Shown here one piece after another: positions 1 through 12,242 of a stretch of DNA of 64,000 nt. A program made the translations under genes and the position numbers. The DNA is from Eledone cirrhosa (Eukaryota). Under the pieces are notes generated by a model. The model was not told the DNA's origin, did not search any database, and saw only the letters and a program-made list of their open reading frames with translations. The DNA is taken from contig OZ024760.1 of NCBI GenBank assembly GCA_964016885.1, positions 12,772,001 through 12,836,000 on the forward strand, given 5' to 3'. Position 1 is the first letter of the stretch. The number at the start of each line of letters is the position of its first letter.

Positions 1-354
1 GCCTAGTGGTCAATGAATTGGACTCTCATCATAATATCGTGGCTGTGATTTCTGGACTTCTGATCATATGAGATATGATAGCGCAGTAACTAGACAGGCA
101 GGTTGAGGAGACCACTTCTCATTATGGATTGTCTCCAGGTTGCCAGGTAAACATCTGAGGGGGAAGGGGCCAATCCTGAACAACATGCAGGACTGTCTGG
201 TCAGGGTCCCCAGAGTCACATTATTAGGAGTGACAGCTCTCCTAGTCAGGTTGCCTTTACTATGGCTTACAGAGTCCATGCCATCCCATGGTAGTATTTA
301 TTTATAAGGAGTGACAGCTCTCCTAGATAGATTGCCTTTAGTATGCTTTAGCAT

Positions 355-645
355 ACATTCTAAGTTCAAATCACACTGAGGTTAGCTTGGTCTTTCACCC
401 TTACTGGGGTCAATAAAATATAACACTAGTTATACACTGGAGTCAATTTAATCGACTTTCCCCTCTCCCCTTCAAATTGCTGGCTTTGTATCAAAAGTAG
501 AAGCATTTATCAGTATTATTATCGGATGCCATGCTTTGCAGTAAAGAGTTACAGCCCTTTAATAATTTGAGTTCAAATCCCGCCGAAGTTAACTTTGCCT
601 TTCATCCTTACAGGGTTAATAAAATAAAGTACCAGTAATGCACTA
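355..645 (+). mobile_element. Two partial copies of SINE family A (tRNA-derived head, GCCTTTCATCCTT..GGGGTCGATAAAATAAAGTACC body)
   Basis: B-box-like (G/A)AGTTCAAATC at ~362 and ~569, each followed by the body seen in the full copy at 15011-15200. Confidence 0.7.
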
Positions 646-1226
646 AGATAATTGCCGGAGAAGAAGGCGAAGGCCAAAAAAGAAAAAGACATTTTGATTT
701 CACCTATGAAATTACTTGTTTACACTTCACCTTATCTTCCAGTATATTTCTAACACTTTATATTTACTTATTTTCTATATCGCTTGCTGATGAAGGCAAT
801 ATATATCTGTATATGATTATATATATTTATCTACCAGAAACAAAATTATACCCAGGGGGTTATGTATATATATATATGTATTATATATGAGTGTGTATGT
901 AACAAATGTGTGGCGTATGTGGGTTAGATGAGGAGAAATATATATTTATTTAAAATATGTATAGCTAGCTATATTTTCAATTCGTCTTACAGTTATTTCC
1001 ATTCTAATTTTATTATGTTCCATTATATATATGTTTGGACACATGTGTGAGGTTGATTAATTTTCAATAAACATATAAGAGTGCTGGTAAGTTTGGCAAA
1101 GGTTTTCTTCCTACGTTTTTTAATTTCTTTCCTGTTATTTTTTTTTACCATTTCGTTCATACAAAAGAGATTTCAATGGTATCGTGCTTCTTGAATTTTC
1201 TATTTCACATATTTATTTACTTCCCA

Positions 1227-1615
<389 letters not shown>

Positions 1616-1859
1616 TTTGTTTATGTTTGTCAATTTTGTAGTTTATATGTTTATTTAAAATTTTATATATATTTTATTTTGTTTATTTCTATATTTTATA
1701 TATTTTATTTTGTTTATTTCTATATTTTATATATTTTGTTTATTTCTATATTATATATATTTTGTTTATTTCTATATTTATAAGAATTATATTTCTTGTG
1801 AAACCAAACATTATGGAGATAATTTAAGCTTTAAAGTCTGAAAGTGAAAGTTGGCTGCT

Positions 1860-2395
1860 ATTGCTCTTGTTGTTGTTGGTGTTGTTGGTGGTGGTGTTGG
1901 TGGCGTTGGTGGCGTTGTTGGTGTTGTTGGTGTTGTTGGTGGTGGTGTTGGTGGTGTTGTTGGTGTTGGTGGTGGTGGTGTTGTTGTTGGTGGTGTTGTT
2001 GTTGGTGTTGGTGGTGTTGTTGTTGGTGTTGTTGTTGTTGGTGTTGTTGGTGGTGTTGTAGTTGTTGGTGGTGGTGTTGGTGGTGTTGGTGTTGTTGTTG
2101 GCATTGTTGGTGTTGTAGTTGGTGTTGTTGTTGTTGGTGTTGTTGTTGTTGGTGGTGGTGTTGGTATTGCTGTTGGTGGTGGTGGTGTTGGTATTGCTGT
2201 TGGTGGTGGTGGTGTTGTTGTTGTTGTTGGTGTTGTTGTTGTTGTAGTTGGTGTTGGTGGTGGTGTTGGTGGTGGTGGTGTTGCTGTTGGTGGTGTTGTA
2301 GTTGGTGTTGTTGGTATTGCTGTTGGTGGTGGTGTTGGTGGTGGTGGTGTTGCTGTTGTTGGTGTTGTAGTTGGTGTTGTTGTTGGTGTTGTTGC
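1860..2395. repeat. Compound (GTT/GGT)n trinucleotide repeat
   Basis: Direct; source of the poly-T/P, poly-N/T and poly-V/G ORFs. Confidence 0.95.
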
Positions 2396-2556
2396 CATTG
2401 ACGTATAGTGTGTTAATAAAGGTATATATAAATATACATACATTAGCACGCATACACACATGTGCATCCATAATGTAGTGTAAACTCAAGCACACACACA
2501 TGCACACATTGATACACATGCTCATTCATGTAAGCACACACACACACGCACACACA

Positions 2557-2588
<32 letters not shown>

Positions 2589-2678
2589 ATTGTATGTATA
2601 TATATATATATATAAATGCAAGCAAGGAAAAGCGAACGTAAAATGATGATGATAACAATGTATGTATGTATATGATTG

Positions 2679-2732
<54 letters not shown>

Positions 2733-2780
2733 CATGAATGCATACACATACATGTAAATATTTCTCTATAAATGTCATAG

Positions 2781-2831
<51 letters not shown>

Positions 2832-3154
2832 TATACACATACGGCTTATAAATATAAAATTATTTCCACCATATCCTCATGATAATGTTTCAGTATTTCA
2901 GTTTATCAATATACACGGCCAATGATTATATTGATATGCAAATTAGCCAATTTTGTATCTTTCAAAAGAGAACTATCGACTTGAATGAGGGATATTTGGC
3001 TGCTATTTCTAACAATTCAGACGTATATCCAGATATATCTTTGTGGGTTTGTAAATAACAGGGTGGGTGTGGGTAGTGAGGGATTTACCTACGTGTGGGC
3101 CCCAGCAGACCTCATCAGTGGGTTCCCAAATTTATATAAATCTTGGTATATTTC

Positions 3155-3352
3155 AGAGAGAGGGAGAGAGAGAGAGAAGGGAGAGAGAGAGAGAAGAGAA
3201 GAGAAAGGGAGAGAGAGGGAGATACTGAGAGAAGAGAGAGAGACTCAGAGGAGAGAGAGAGAGAGAGGAGAGAGAAGCGTGATAGAATGACTAAGAGAGA
3301 CAGAGAAAGAGAGAGGAGAGAAGAAGACAAAAGAAGAGAAAACAAAAGAGAG
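3155..3352. repeat. (GA)n-rich purine tract
   Basis: Direct. Confidence 0.9.
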
Positions 3353-3720
3353 ATCCATTTTTTGTAGATATATTTTCTATCATTTATTCATAACGATTTC
3401 CTTATCATAAATCAGACAGCTTAATAATACAGAGCAAAATTCATATTCAGCAAATCTGATATTTATTTTAGACTGCCATTCAAGCGTCTACACTCGCTTC
3501 TACCAAATTCATCAACGATTCTATAATACTGGTCGGCATATTTCTTAGGTTTGAGGTATACAGGTTTACTATATTTCAAATAGGTCCACCTTCCTTCATT
3601 TTCTTTGTCGCACACATATATATATATACACACACACACACATACATGTATACATATGTATATATGTGTGTGTGTCAAGAAAAAAAAATATATTCAAACA
3701 CGCACACTTTTGTATATATG

Positions 3721-3768
<48 letters not shown>

Positions 3769-4132
3769 TTATAAATCTGTGAGAGTCCTGGTTATCTGTT
3801 GAGCTCTGCTGACGATTGAAATCCAACCGTGACCACCTCCACTGAAAGTTTTCATGAAATAGTCTTTAAGACTATACAGAGCATTTGATGTTTTTCCAAA
3901 TTGAAGGATAAGTATTTTAGACTTTATTTTATCATGAGTTAAGGCTCTATTGATTTTTCCCTGAATTTCACTAAATTCTGTGGAGGAATTTATATCCTGA
4001 TTCTCTTTTGAGATGAGTTTGAATTATTTTTCCTACATCTTACGTTAACTATTTTTCCCATCTTGACGACTTAGTCGCATATATGTTATGAAATACTGTT
4101 AGCTTCTCGCTAAAACAATTTCTATACCTTTC

Positions 4133-4177
<45 letters not shown>

Positions 4178-4284
4178 TATATATAAGGAAAATAAATAGA
4201 AAATTTCAACTGGAGTCTTTTAAGAATATTTACAATGTGAACTGGATGCTTGTTCTCGAGTCATCAACACAACCACTTCACAGT

Positions 4285-4800
4285 CTGATCAGGGCACTTT
4301 TTGTCATGTCACCAACACGATCACTTTACAGGGTGGTCAGGGCACTTTTTGTCATGTCACCAAGATGACCACTTTACAGGGTGGTCAGGGCACTTTTTGT
4401 CATGTCACCAAGATGACCACTTTACAGGGTGGTCAGGGCACTTTTTGTCATGTCACCAAGATGACCACTTTACAGGATGGTCAGGGCACTTTTTGTTATG
4501 TCACCAACACGACCCCTTTACAGGGTGGTCAGGGCACTTTTTGTCATGTCACCAAGATGACCACTTTACAGGGTGGTCAGGGCACTTTTTGTCATGTCAC
4601 CAAGATGACCACTTTACAGGGTGGTCAGGGCACTTTTTGTCATGTCACCAAGATGACCACTTTACAGGATGGTCAGGGCACTTTTTGTTATGTCACCAAC
4701 ACGACCCCTTTACAGGGTGGTCAGGGCACTTTTTGTCATGTCACCAAGATGACCACTTTACAGTGTAGACTCGGCACTTTTTCCCATGTCACCAGGAAGA
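4285..4800. repeat. 48-bp minisatellite, ~11 copies, derived from a SINE internal sub-repeat
   Basis: Unit CAGGGCACTTTTTGTCATGTCACCAAGATGACCACTTTACAGGGTGGT with period 48 (4290, 4338, 4386...). Resembles GGGTGCTTTTT...CACC...ACCACTTTACAG in SINE copies at ~14095, ~23880 and ~50715. Confidence 0.85.
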
Positions 4801-5098
4801 CCAACTTCGACAGTGAAGTGTAGTATTGTTACATTATATAAGTAAAAATATTTCTACATACCAGTTCGAGCTATTAGTCTAACAGAATACCTTGTGTGTC
4901 AATTATTTATTCAGTAATAATGTCACCTGGCATACCACTCATATCCTGACACTGTTATTCTCTCATTTTCTAATTCTGTCATTCTTTTGTAGTGTTTTGG
5001 TAATTTGACTCCTCAGAGTTGGTTGATCTGTTTGTCTTGTTCTATCTTTGATGGCGTGATTATGCTTGTTTTATATATATATATATTATATATTTATA

Positions 5099-5447
5099 TA
5101 TTGTTATACTTGAGGAGGGTCATATTGTTGTAATATTGCCAGAAATAATAACAGAACACACTCACTGTTTGGTTTGGTTGGTTTTCTCTTCTGTATCTTT
5201 TATATCTCCATAGTTAATTTATTTGGCAATCAATGTTTACCCTTGATTGACCAGCAGTTAAAAATACAGATATAAATATATATATATATAGTCTATAAAA
5301 GTTCTTTCATTGCACATCTGCAACATCATCAGTGGTACTATTATGGTCCCTCCTATTGTATTGTAATGTCTACGCCAATTTTATGTGTTCTGTTATTATT
5401 TCTGGCAATATTACAACAATATGACCCTCCCCAAGTATAACAATATT
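5099..5447. mobile_element. Penelope-like terminus family with ~60-bp inverted duplication and a degenerate hammerhead-like motif
   Basis: TTGTTATACTTGAGGAGGGTCATATTG...AGAACACA (5101-5160) is inverted at 5385-5445. Minus strand near 5300-5333 reads CTGATGA-TGTTGC..GCAAT-GAAAGAACTT. The same terminus occurs at 12049, 51090 and 58600. Confidence 0.55.
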
Positions 5448-5516
5448 TGTTTTGACACACGATTTCATATCAAAAACCTTGCAAAACAAATATATATATA
5501 TAGATATATACATATA

Positions 5517-5695
5517 TATTTAATATAGAAATGGCTTCTACAGGACTAGAACTGTTTCATTTGGGAGAAATCAAGCTTTCCTGATGATTTCTCCTGAATG
5601 AAACAGTTCTAGTCCTGTAGAAGCCTTTCTATATTAAATATTTATACTCTGTTATGTATTGAGTAGCTTATTTACTGTGGTTACCCCGGGATAAA
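5517..5695 (+). mobile_element. Penelope-like terminus with fold-back inversion and a CTGATGA...GAAAC motif
   Basis: Arms 5517-5575 and 5585-5640 are inverted; related copies at 34240-34402. Confidence 0.5.
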
Positions 5696-5849
5696 CATAT
5701 GTATATATATGTATAGGGTGTCCCCAAAATGAATACAAACTTTAACAGCATTCTAATAAAACTGTATCACCCGATCAATCTTGCCTTAAGTGGGACAATT
5801 TCCCATCTAACCCATGCTAGCATGGATGATAGACGTTAAACGATGAAGA

Positions 5850-6078
5850 TGTGCTGAATAGGACCCGTCCAACCCTTGCAAGCAGGGAAAAGCGGACGTA
5901 AAATAATGATGATGATATATATATATATATATATATATATCATCATCATCATCATTATTTTACGTCCACTTTTCCCTGCTTGCAAGGGTTGGACGGGTCC
6001 TATTCAGCACAGCATCTCTCTCTCCACTTGTCATCTCCTCCGTGAGTTTCAGCGATCTGAGGTCTGCTCTCACCACCA
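5850..6078. mobile_element. Tail-to-tail pair of RTE LINE 3' ends around a (TA)n
   Basis: 5850-5915 (+) and 5940-6078 (-) both match the RTE 3' end at 48241-48432. Confidence 0.75.
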
Positions 6079-6112
6079 TCATCATCGAATGTACAACTAT
6101 ATATATATCGTA

Positions 6113-6210
6113 AAATAAAACAAGGACGATTGGTTACTCCTTCATTACGTTTATTGGTTAACCAACCAATAAACGTAATGAAGGAGTAACCAATCGTCCT
6201 TGTTTTATTT
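6113..6210. repeat. Perfect 47-bp inverted repeat with a 4-nt loop at the start of a (TA)n-flanked element
   Basis: 6113-6159 is the reverse complement of 6164-6210. Confidence 0.9.
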
Positions 6211-6889
6211 CACTATATTACACTCTGTCTAGCTCTACACCTCGACACAAAAGTGAACCCAAACATCGACTGTTCACCCGGATGAACCTACAGTAACTCC
6301 AAGTTACACTCCTTCGATATATATATACACTCCCTCGATATATATATACACTCCCTGGATATATATATACACTCCCTCGATATATATATACACTCCCTGG
6401 ATATATATAGAACCCATTATCATCATCATTTTTGTAACTAATTCAGCCAATTGATGGAGTGCCACTCTAGAGATTTTCAGTCAAATGTCACCACTGCCCT
6501 CTATCCTCTGTCATGCATAAAAATGTCATAGTGTTGTAACCTGCCCAGTCCTTGATGGGCATTTATTTGTCTCTTCTTCACCCGCCCTCAACAGTGAGCT
6601 GAAAGATGCTTTTAAGCCAGGAGTTATTGCCAAATTCCTGACTGCACCTTTGTTTTTTAACATGACAAGAAGTGGTTCCTTTCTTGCCAACATATTTGTT
6701 GACTTGCTATCTGCCTGATGAATGTATTGGCCTTAGTGCTGTGATACATAGTTTAATGGAGAATATGAAGTCACTAGATATGTTGTTAGATTTATTGAAA
6801 CAACTAGCAGGTTGACTGATAAAATGACAAGTGAGTCAATCATATTGGTGGCCCCTCCCCACAGCCCTGGCGGACAGCCCTGGCGGACA

Positions 6890-7305
6890 GCCCTGGCAGA
6901 CAGAACGGAGAAGGTGTTTACCCGGAGGACGACAAGGGAGATGTGCTGAAAAAGCCAATCCAACTCGCGAGGCTCACACCTGCGGCTGGCCAGCTCAGCG
7001 CCTATGGAGGTGAGTAGGGAGGTAGCCCTAGGGCCGAGGACACCAGAAGTTTCCACACCTGTGGCTGGCCAGCTCAGCGCCTATGGAGGTGAGTAGGGAG
7101 GTAGCCCTAGGGCCGAGGACACCAGAAGTCTCCACACCTGTGGCTGGCCAGCTCAGCGCCTATGGTGGTGAGTAGGGAGGTAGCCCTGGGGCCGAGGACA
7201 CCAGAAGTCTCCACACCTGTGGCTAGCCAGCTCAGCGCCTATTGTGGTGAGTAGGGAGGTAGCCCTAGGGCCGAGGACACCAGAGGTCTCCACTGCCAAG
7301 GGTTG
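6890..7305 (-). mobile_element. C-terminal fragment of an RLE-type (CRE-like) non-LTR retrotransposon
   Basis: LAVETSGVLGPRATSLLTSIGAELASRRCEPRELDWLFQHISLVVLRVNTFSVL resembles the ET.G..G...EPRE...L.QR.S....RGNA C-terminus of CRE-clade elements. Confidence 0.6.
6975..7293. repeat. 79-bp tandem repeat x4 made of CRE-like coding sequence
   Basis: CACACC at 6975, 7054, 7133 and 7212. Confidence 0.9.
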
Positions 7306-7435
7306 TGATCTGTGTACAGGATGTGTAACAACCTTCTGAAGCAGCTGGTTTAAATGCTAAAGGGTTAACCAGAATCTTGTTTGATGTAATCGGACCATTA
7401 TATTCTTTGCTTGTTCTTCTGCGGGGATTTCTTCT

Positions 7436-8195
7436 CCCTTTAGCATTTAAACCAGCCATATCTGGCCAGAATTCCTCACCTATTTCTGTTCAAACTGGCT
7501 GTAAACAGTCACTCATATTGATGTTAAGGTATTGTTTTCAAAATAAACAGTATCAAAATGTCATAGATTCGATACTATGTGAAATAATTGTGTGATATAA
7601 AGTATTTACTGTGACAATACAATAGTATATATAGAGTAATGTAAATGTTATGTGAGATATTATGTGAGGTAAAGCCTTTACTGTGACAATACAATAGTAT
7701 ATATAGAGTAATGTAAATGTTATGCGAGATATTATGTGAGGTAAAGCCTTTACTGTGACAATACAATAGTATATATAGAGTAATGTAAATGTTATGCGAG
7801 ATATTATGTGAGGTAAAGCCTTTACTGTGAAAATACAATAGTATATATAGAGTAATGTAAATGTTATGTGAGGTAAAGCCTTTACTGTGAAAATACAATA
7901 GTATATATAGAGTAATGTAAATGTTATGTGAGGTAAAGCCTTTACTGTGAAAATACAATAGTATATATAGAGTAATGTAAATGTTATGTGAGATATTATG
8001 TGAGGTAAAGCCTTTACTGTGAAAATACAATAGTATATATAGAGTAATGTAAATGTTATGTGAGGTAAAGCCTTTACTGTGAAAATACAATAGTATATAT
8101 AGAGTAATGTAAATGTTATGTGAGATATTATGTGAGGTAAAGCCTTTACTGCGAAAATACAATAGTATATATAGAGTAATGTAAATGCTAAAGGG
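7436..8195 (+). mobile_element. piggyBac-like MITE containing a 60/72-bp minisatellite (~9 units)
   Basis: Termini CCCTTTAGCATTTA...TAAATGCTAAAGGG followed by TTAA; array at ~7605-8185. Confidence 0.7.
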
Positions 8196-8503
8196 TTAAG
8201 CCTATTTAAAAACACTTTTTTGCAGTAAAGCAGTATTTTATTAGGGTGGCTAATTAGATTGGTTATTGTGTAATTCTGGCAGAGACTTAAGTTGCCTTTC
8301 TTGGGAATCAGTATCATCAATGATTAGATCTATATCTTTGGAATGGTCTTCATTACTTAAATCATCTAACAAGGTAACTGTTAGTGACACACCAACAATC
8401 ATAATCTTTCTTTTTTTTTTCTGAAGAGTTGAGTGAATTGTGAATCTTAAATATATATCAGCTTAAAGTTAACTGCTTCAACTATGTCTGTATATATATG
8501 TAT

Positions 8504-8587
<84 letters not shown>

Positions 8588-8664
8588 GCAATCAAACGTA
8601 TATGTATGCATATATATATATATATGTGTGTGTTTATATTATATAGATATATGTATATATATAT

Positions 8665-8717
<53 letters not shown>

Positions 8718-8829
8718 TAGATAGATAGATATGTTTCTTTTATTTGCCACCAGGGCATCAAAAGTGGGACAAGTACAATGGGGGGAGTTTACAAAACAAG
8801 GCGTCCTCAATAAGGAGGAGGCAATAACA

Positions 8830-8865
<36 letters not shown>

Positions 8866-8866
8866 T

Positions 8867-8902
<36 letters not shown>

Positions 8903-8903
8903 G

Positions 8904-8934
<31 letters not shown>

Positions 8935-8965
8935 GAGATAGATAGATAGATAGATAGATAGAGAG

Positions 8966-9016
<51 letters not shown>

Positions 9017-9100
9017 AATAGATAGATAGACAGACAGACAGATAGATAGACAGACAGATAGATAGATAGATATATAGGTATAGATATATAGACAGATAGA
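8665..9100. repeat. (GATA/GACA)n tetranucleotide repeat
   Basis: Direct. Confidence 0.95.
8733..8832 (-). mobile_element. 3' end of a non-LTR element embedded in (GATA)n
   Basis: Reverse complement of 16558-16657; AATAAA near the 3' end; flanked by (GATA)n on both sides. Confidence 0.6.
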
Positions 9101-9343
9101 TCAATATGTACGTATGTAAGCATGAGCATGATTTTATCTATCAGATTACTATTTTTCATTATTGGAGAAGATTACTCTTCAATAATCTGGAGCTGTTTTT
9201 AACTCAAGATTAAATCTACTTTGAATATATTTTCAGTATTAGTTGAAGCTCTGGAACTTGCTTTTCCGTTAAATATGGAATGGGAAACGATAAAGATATT
9301 CATACATAGATTTCTATATTAATATAAATATGTCTGTACATAT

Positions 9344-9375
<32 letters not shown>

Positions 9376-9620
9376 GTATATATGTGTATATATATGTGTG
9401 TGTATGTATGTATGTATGTATATATATATATATGGATGGATGTATATATATATATATATGGATGTATATATATATGTATGTATATATATATGTATGTATA
9501 TATATATGTATGTATATATATATATGTATGTATATATATATATATATATAATATATATATATATATATACATACATATATATATACATATATATATATAT
9601 ATACATACATATATATATAC

Positions 9621-9653
<33 letters not shown>

Positions 9654-9784
9654 CATATATATATACACATATATATATATACACATATATATATATACAC
9701 ATATATATATATACATACATATATATATACATACATATATATATATATATATAATATATATATATAATATATATATATACATAC

Positions 9785-9816
<32 letters not shown>

Positions 9817-9983
9817 GGATGTATGTATGTATATATATATATACATATATATACATATATATATATATCATCATCATCATCACCGTTTTACGTCCGTTCT
9901 TCCACGCTAACATGGGTTAGACGGGTTGTCCTGTTGTGGGCAGTGTTCAGTCGGATGACCTTGTCTTGCTCATACGGGAACTG

Positions 9984-10054
<71 letters not shown>

Positions 10055-10211
10055 GGAGCTAGTGCCACAGTAAAGAGCACTCAGTTCACTTTGTAAGATG
10101 GTTGTGCTGGTGCCATGATACAATGCTCCCAATACACATTGTAAAGTGGTTGGTGTTAGGAATAGAATCCAGCCATAGAAACCAAGCCAAAAATATTATG
10201 TATGGTCTGAA

Positions 10212-10419
10212 CCCTTTTAAGTCTAAAGTAAAAAATATTGTAAAAACTTTTGTGTTTATCTGAGTGATAATCTAATCTGAAAATGTTTAGCGAGACTTTG
10301 ATCTTATTTATTTTGAGAACAATACCTTAACATCAGTATGAGTGGCCAGTTACAGCTGGTTTGAACAGAAAGAGGTGAGAGAATTCTGGCCAGATATGGC
10401 CGGTTTAAATGCTAAAGGG
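10212..10419 (-). mobile_element. Short copy of the piggyBac-like MITE without the minisatellite
   Basis: 10310-10419 is the reverse complement of 7436-7545 and ends TAAATGCTAAAGGG. Confidence 0.6.
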
Positions 10420-10524
10420 ATAATGAGCATCTGGGCTTACTCTTTTACTCTTTTACCTGTTCCAGCCATCCAGCTGAGGCCATGCTGGGGCACCACCCTT
10501 GAAAATAGTAGACCAGCCACCGGA

Positions 10525-10597
10525 TGCCGAAACCTGGGATTGAACTAGGGACCTTTAGATCTTCAGTCTAACGCTCTCCCACTGGAGCTATTTCGGC
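10525..10597 (-). tRNA. trnF-GAA: tRNA-Phe (GAA), variant or pseudogene
   Basis: Minus strand GCCGAAATAGCTCCAGTGGGAGAGCGTTAGACTGAAGATCTAAAGGTCCCTAGTTCAATCCCAGGTTTCGGCA, 73 nt, close to the canonical metazoan tRNA-Phe. Acceptor, D and anticodon stems are intact. Changes: D-loop A14 and an A52-C62 mismatch. TTTT lies ~18 nt downstream; no encoded CCA. Confidence 0.85.
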
Positions 10598-10614
10598 TGC
10601 TACAGATATTTTGA

Positions 10615-10975
10615 GACAGAAATTTTTTAGCCTTTTAGATAAATTTGCTGGCTTTGTGGTGGACTAGTGTCCTGTCCAGTGTGGATGGGGTGGGGTGGGG
10701 CGGGGTGGGGTAGATTTCTACTCTGTCACCTAACGTCAATGAAAAACCAGGATAAGGACTGGTCTAACAAAACATGAGGACTTTAGACAGAATTTTTTTT
10801 AGGCTTTTAGATAAATTTGCTGGCTTTGTGATGGACTTGTGTCCTGTCCAGTGTGGATGGGGTGGGGTGGGGTAGATTTCTACTCTGTCACCTAACGTCA
10901 ATGAAAAACCAGGGTCTAACAAAACATGAGGACTTTAGACGGAATTTTTTTTAGGCTTTTAGATAAATTTGCTGG
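10615..10975 (+). repeat. Tandem duplication (~155-175 bp, 2+ copies) of a SINE central-domain-like segment
   Basis: TTTAGATAAATTTGCTGGC recurs at ~10634, ~10806 and ~10958; contains (G/A)TGGACT(A/T)GTGTCCTGTCCAG. Confidence 0.7.
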
Positions 10976-11374
10976 CCTTTTGTCTGTAATAGAAATTGAT
11001 ATTTTTATTTAGCTCCAAAGATTGTATCTTTAAAGGACAATAAAATAATAGCTATCTTATATCAAGGGACCGCTACTTATCATATTTATCAACAATGAAG
11101 CATTGAAATATAGAGCCAACTCAGGTGAGATTTCCAGTCAGAAGAAAAAAGCCAGGCAGTCACAGAACTTGACACCATAAAATATTATTATCAATTCCAA
11201 CACTTGAAAATCTTGAAAGTCTATAACGAAATTATACTGAGTTGTCTTTCCTTGAATTATTAATGGAGTGGCAGGAATGAATCTCGGATCCCATGGTATT
11301 TGATGTGGAGTGGAAAATAAATTTATCATACAAATTTATCACACGATACAGAGACGTGTGAGAATATATATATG

Positions 11375-11415
<41 letters not shown>

Positions 11416-11541
11416 GTATATAAAGATGTAGATACATATGCATGCGTATTTGTATATACATATATAAACACCCCACCACACACAAACACACACACATATA
11501 TATATATATGTGTGTGTATATATATATACTCACATATGTGA

Positions 11542-11613
<72 letters not shown>

Positions 11614-11680
11614 GTGTATATATATATATTTGTATTATATATATATACACATATGTGTGTGTATATATATATATTTGGAA

Positions 11681-12020
11681 GCACATGGCTTAGTGGTTAG
11701 AGCATTGGCCTTGCAATCAAAAAGTTGTGAGTTCAATTCTCAGATCGGGTGATGTGTTGTTTCCTTGAGCAAGACACTTTATTTCACATTGCTCCAGTTT
11801 ACTCAGCTGTAGAAATGAGATGATAGGGACTGGGGTCCATATCATTCCACTGCAAAGTGGTCGTGGAGGTGCCACGGCAAAAAAGCACCCAGCACTCACT
11901 GTAAATGAGGTTGGTGTTAGGAAGGGCATCCAGCTGTAGAAATCAAGCCAAATCAGTTCCCGTCCCAACCTTGCAAGCAGGGAAAAAGCAGACGTAAAAT
12001 GAAATGATGATGATGATGAT
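11681..12020 (+). mobile_element. Full-length CORE-type SINE (family B) with RTE-derived (GAT)n tail
   Basis: A box TGGCTTAGTGG, B box GAGTTCAATTC, CORE-like CCTTGAGCAAGACACTT, AGGAAGGGCATCCAGC, tail TTGCAAGCAGGGAAAA..GACGTAAAATGA. Confidence 0.85.
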
Positions 12021-12199
12021 ATTTATATAATATATATATATATATATATTGTTATACTTTGGGAGGGTCATGCTACCAATAAGAAACACACGCACCAGTT
12101 GCTTTCACTTCAATTTATTATAATAAATTTATAAATTTAGGAATTTATAAATTTCCGGTGGGTTGGTTGGTTCCACAACCAGATGGTTGTTTATATATT

Positions 12200-12242
12200 G
12201 TCAAAGTTCTTTCGTCACACATTCTGTGACCTCTTCAGTGAC
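12200..12242 (-). ncRNA. Minimal type I hammerhead ribozyme-like motif in a Penelope-like terminus (element ~12049-12320)
   Basis: Minus strand GTCA-CTGAAGA-G-GTCAC(agaatgt)GTGAC-GAAA-GAACTT-TGAC: stem I GTCA/TGAC, 5-bp stem II, vestigial stem III. Confidence 0.6.

Larger units (their letters stand above)
6425..8400 (-). mobile_element. Fragmented RTE (BovB-like) LINE remnant interrupted by later insertions
   Basis: 8320-8200 encodes IPKKGNLSLCQNYTITNLISHPNKILL..LNRL (start of the RT domain). It resumes as EEIPAEEQA at 7435-7410. A degenerate C-terminus (EPLLVMLK..TVEGG*RR..IKDWAG..EDRGQW) lies at 6730-6480. Confidence 0.7.

Noticed and set aside
1811-2525. Mucin-like Thr/Pro or Gly/Val ORFs (also 32348-32924 and 59256-59658)
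   Set aside because: Pure GTT/GGT triplet repeats open in all frames, with no splice or domain context.
3463-3610. Non-repetitive ORF segment KENEGRWTYLKYSKPVYLKPKKYADQYYRIVDEFGRSECRRLNGSLK
   Set aside because: No recognisable family and no convincing splice sites, so it cannot be supported without a search.
4301-4823. His/Cys-rich repeat protein (SCHQDDHFTGWSGHFL)n
   Set aside because: A 48-bp minisatellite open in two frames, with a unit matching a SINE sub-repeat.
11681-11750. tRNA gene calls for SINE heads (also 51161, 58340-58409, 40485)
   Set aside because: A/B boxes are present, but the acceptor stems are broken and each continues into CORE/SINE body sequence.
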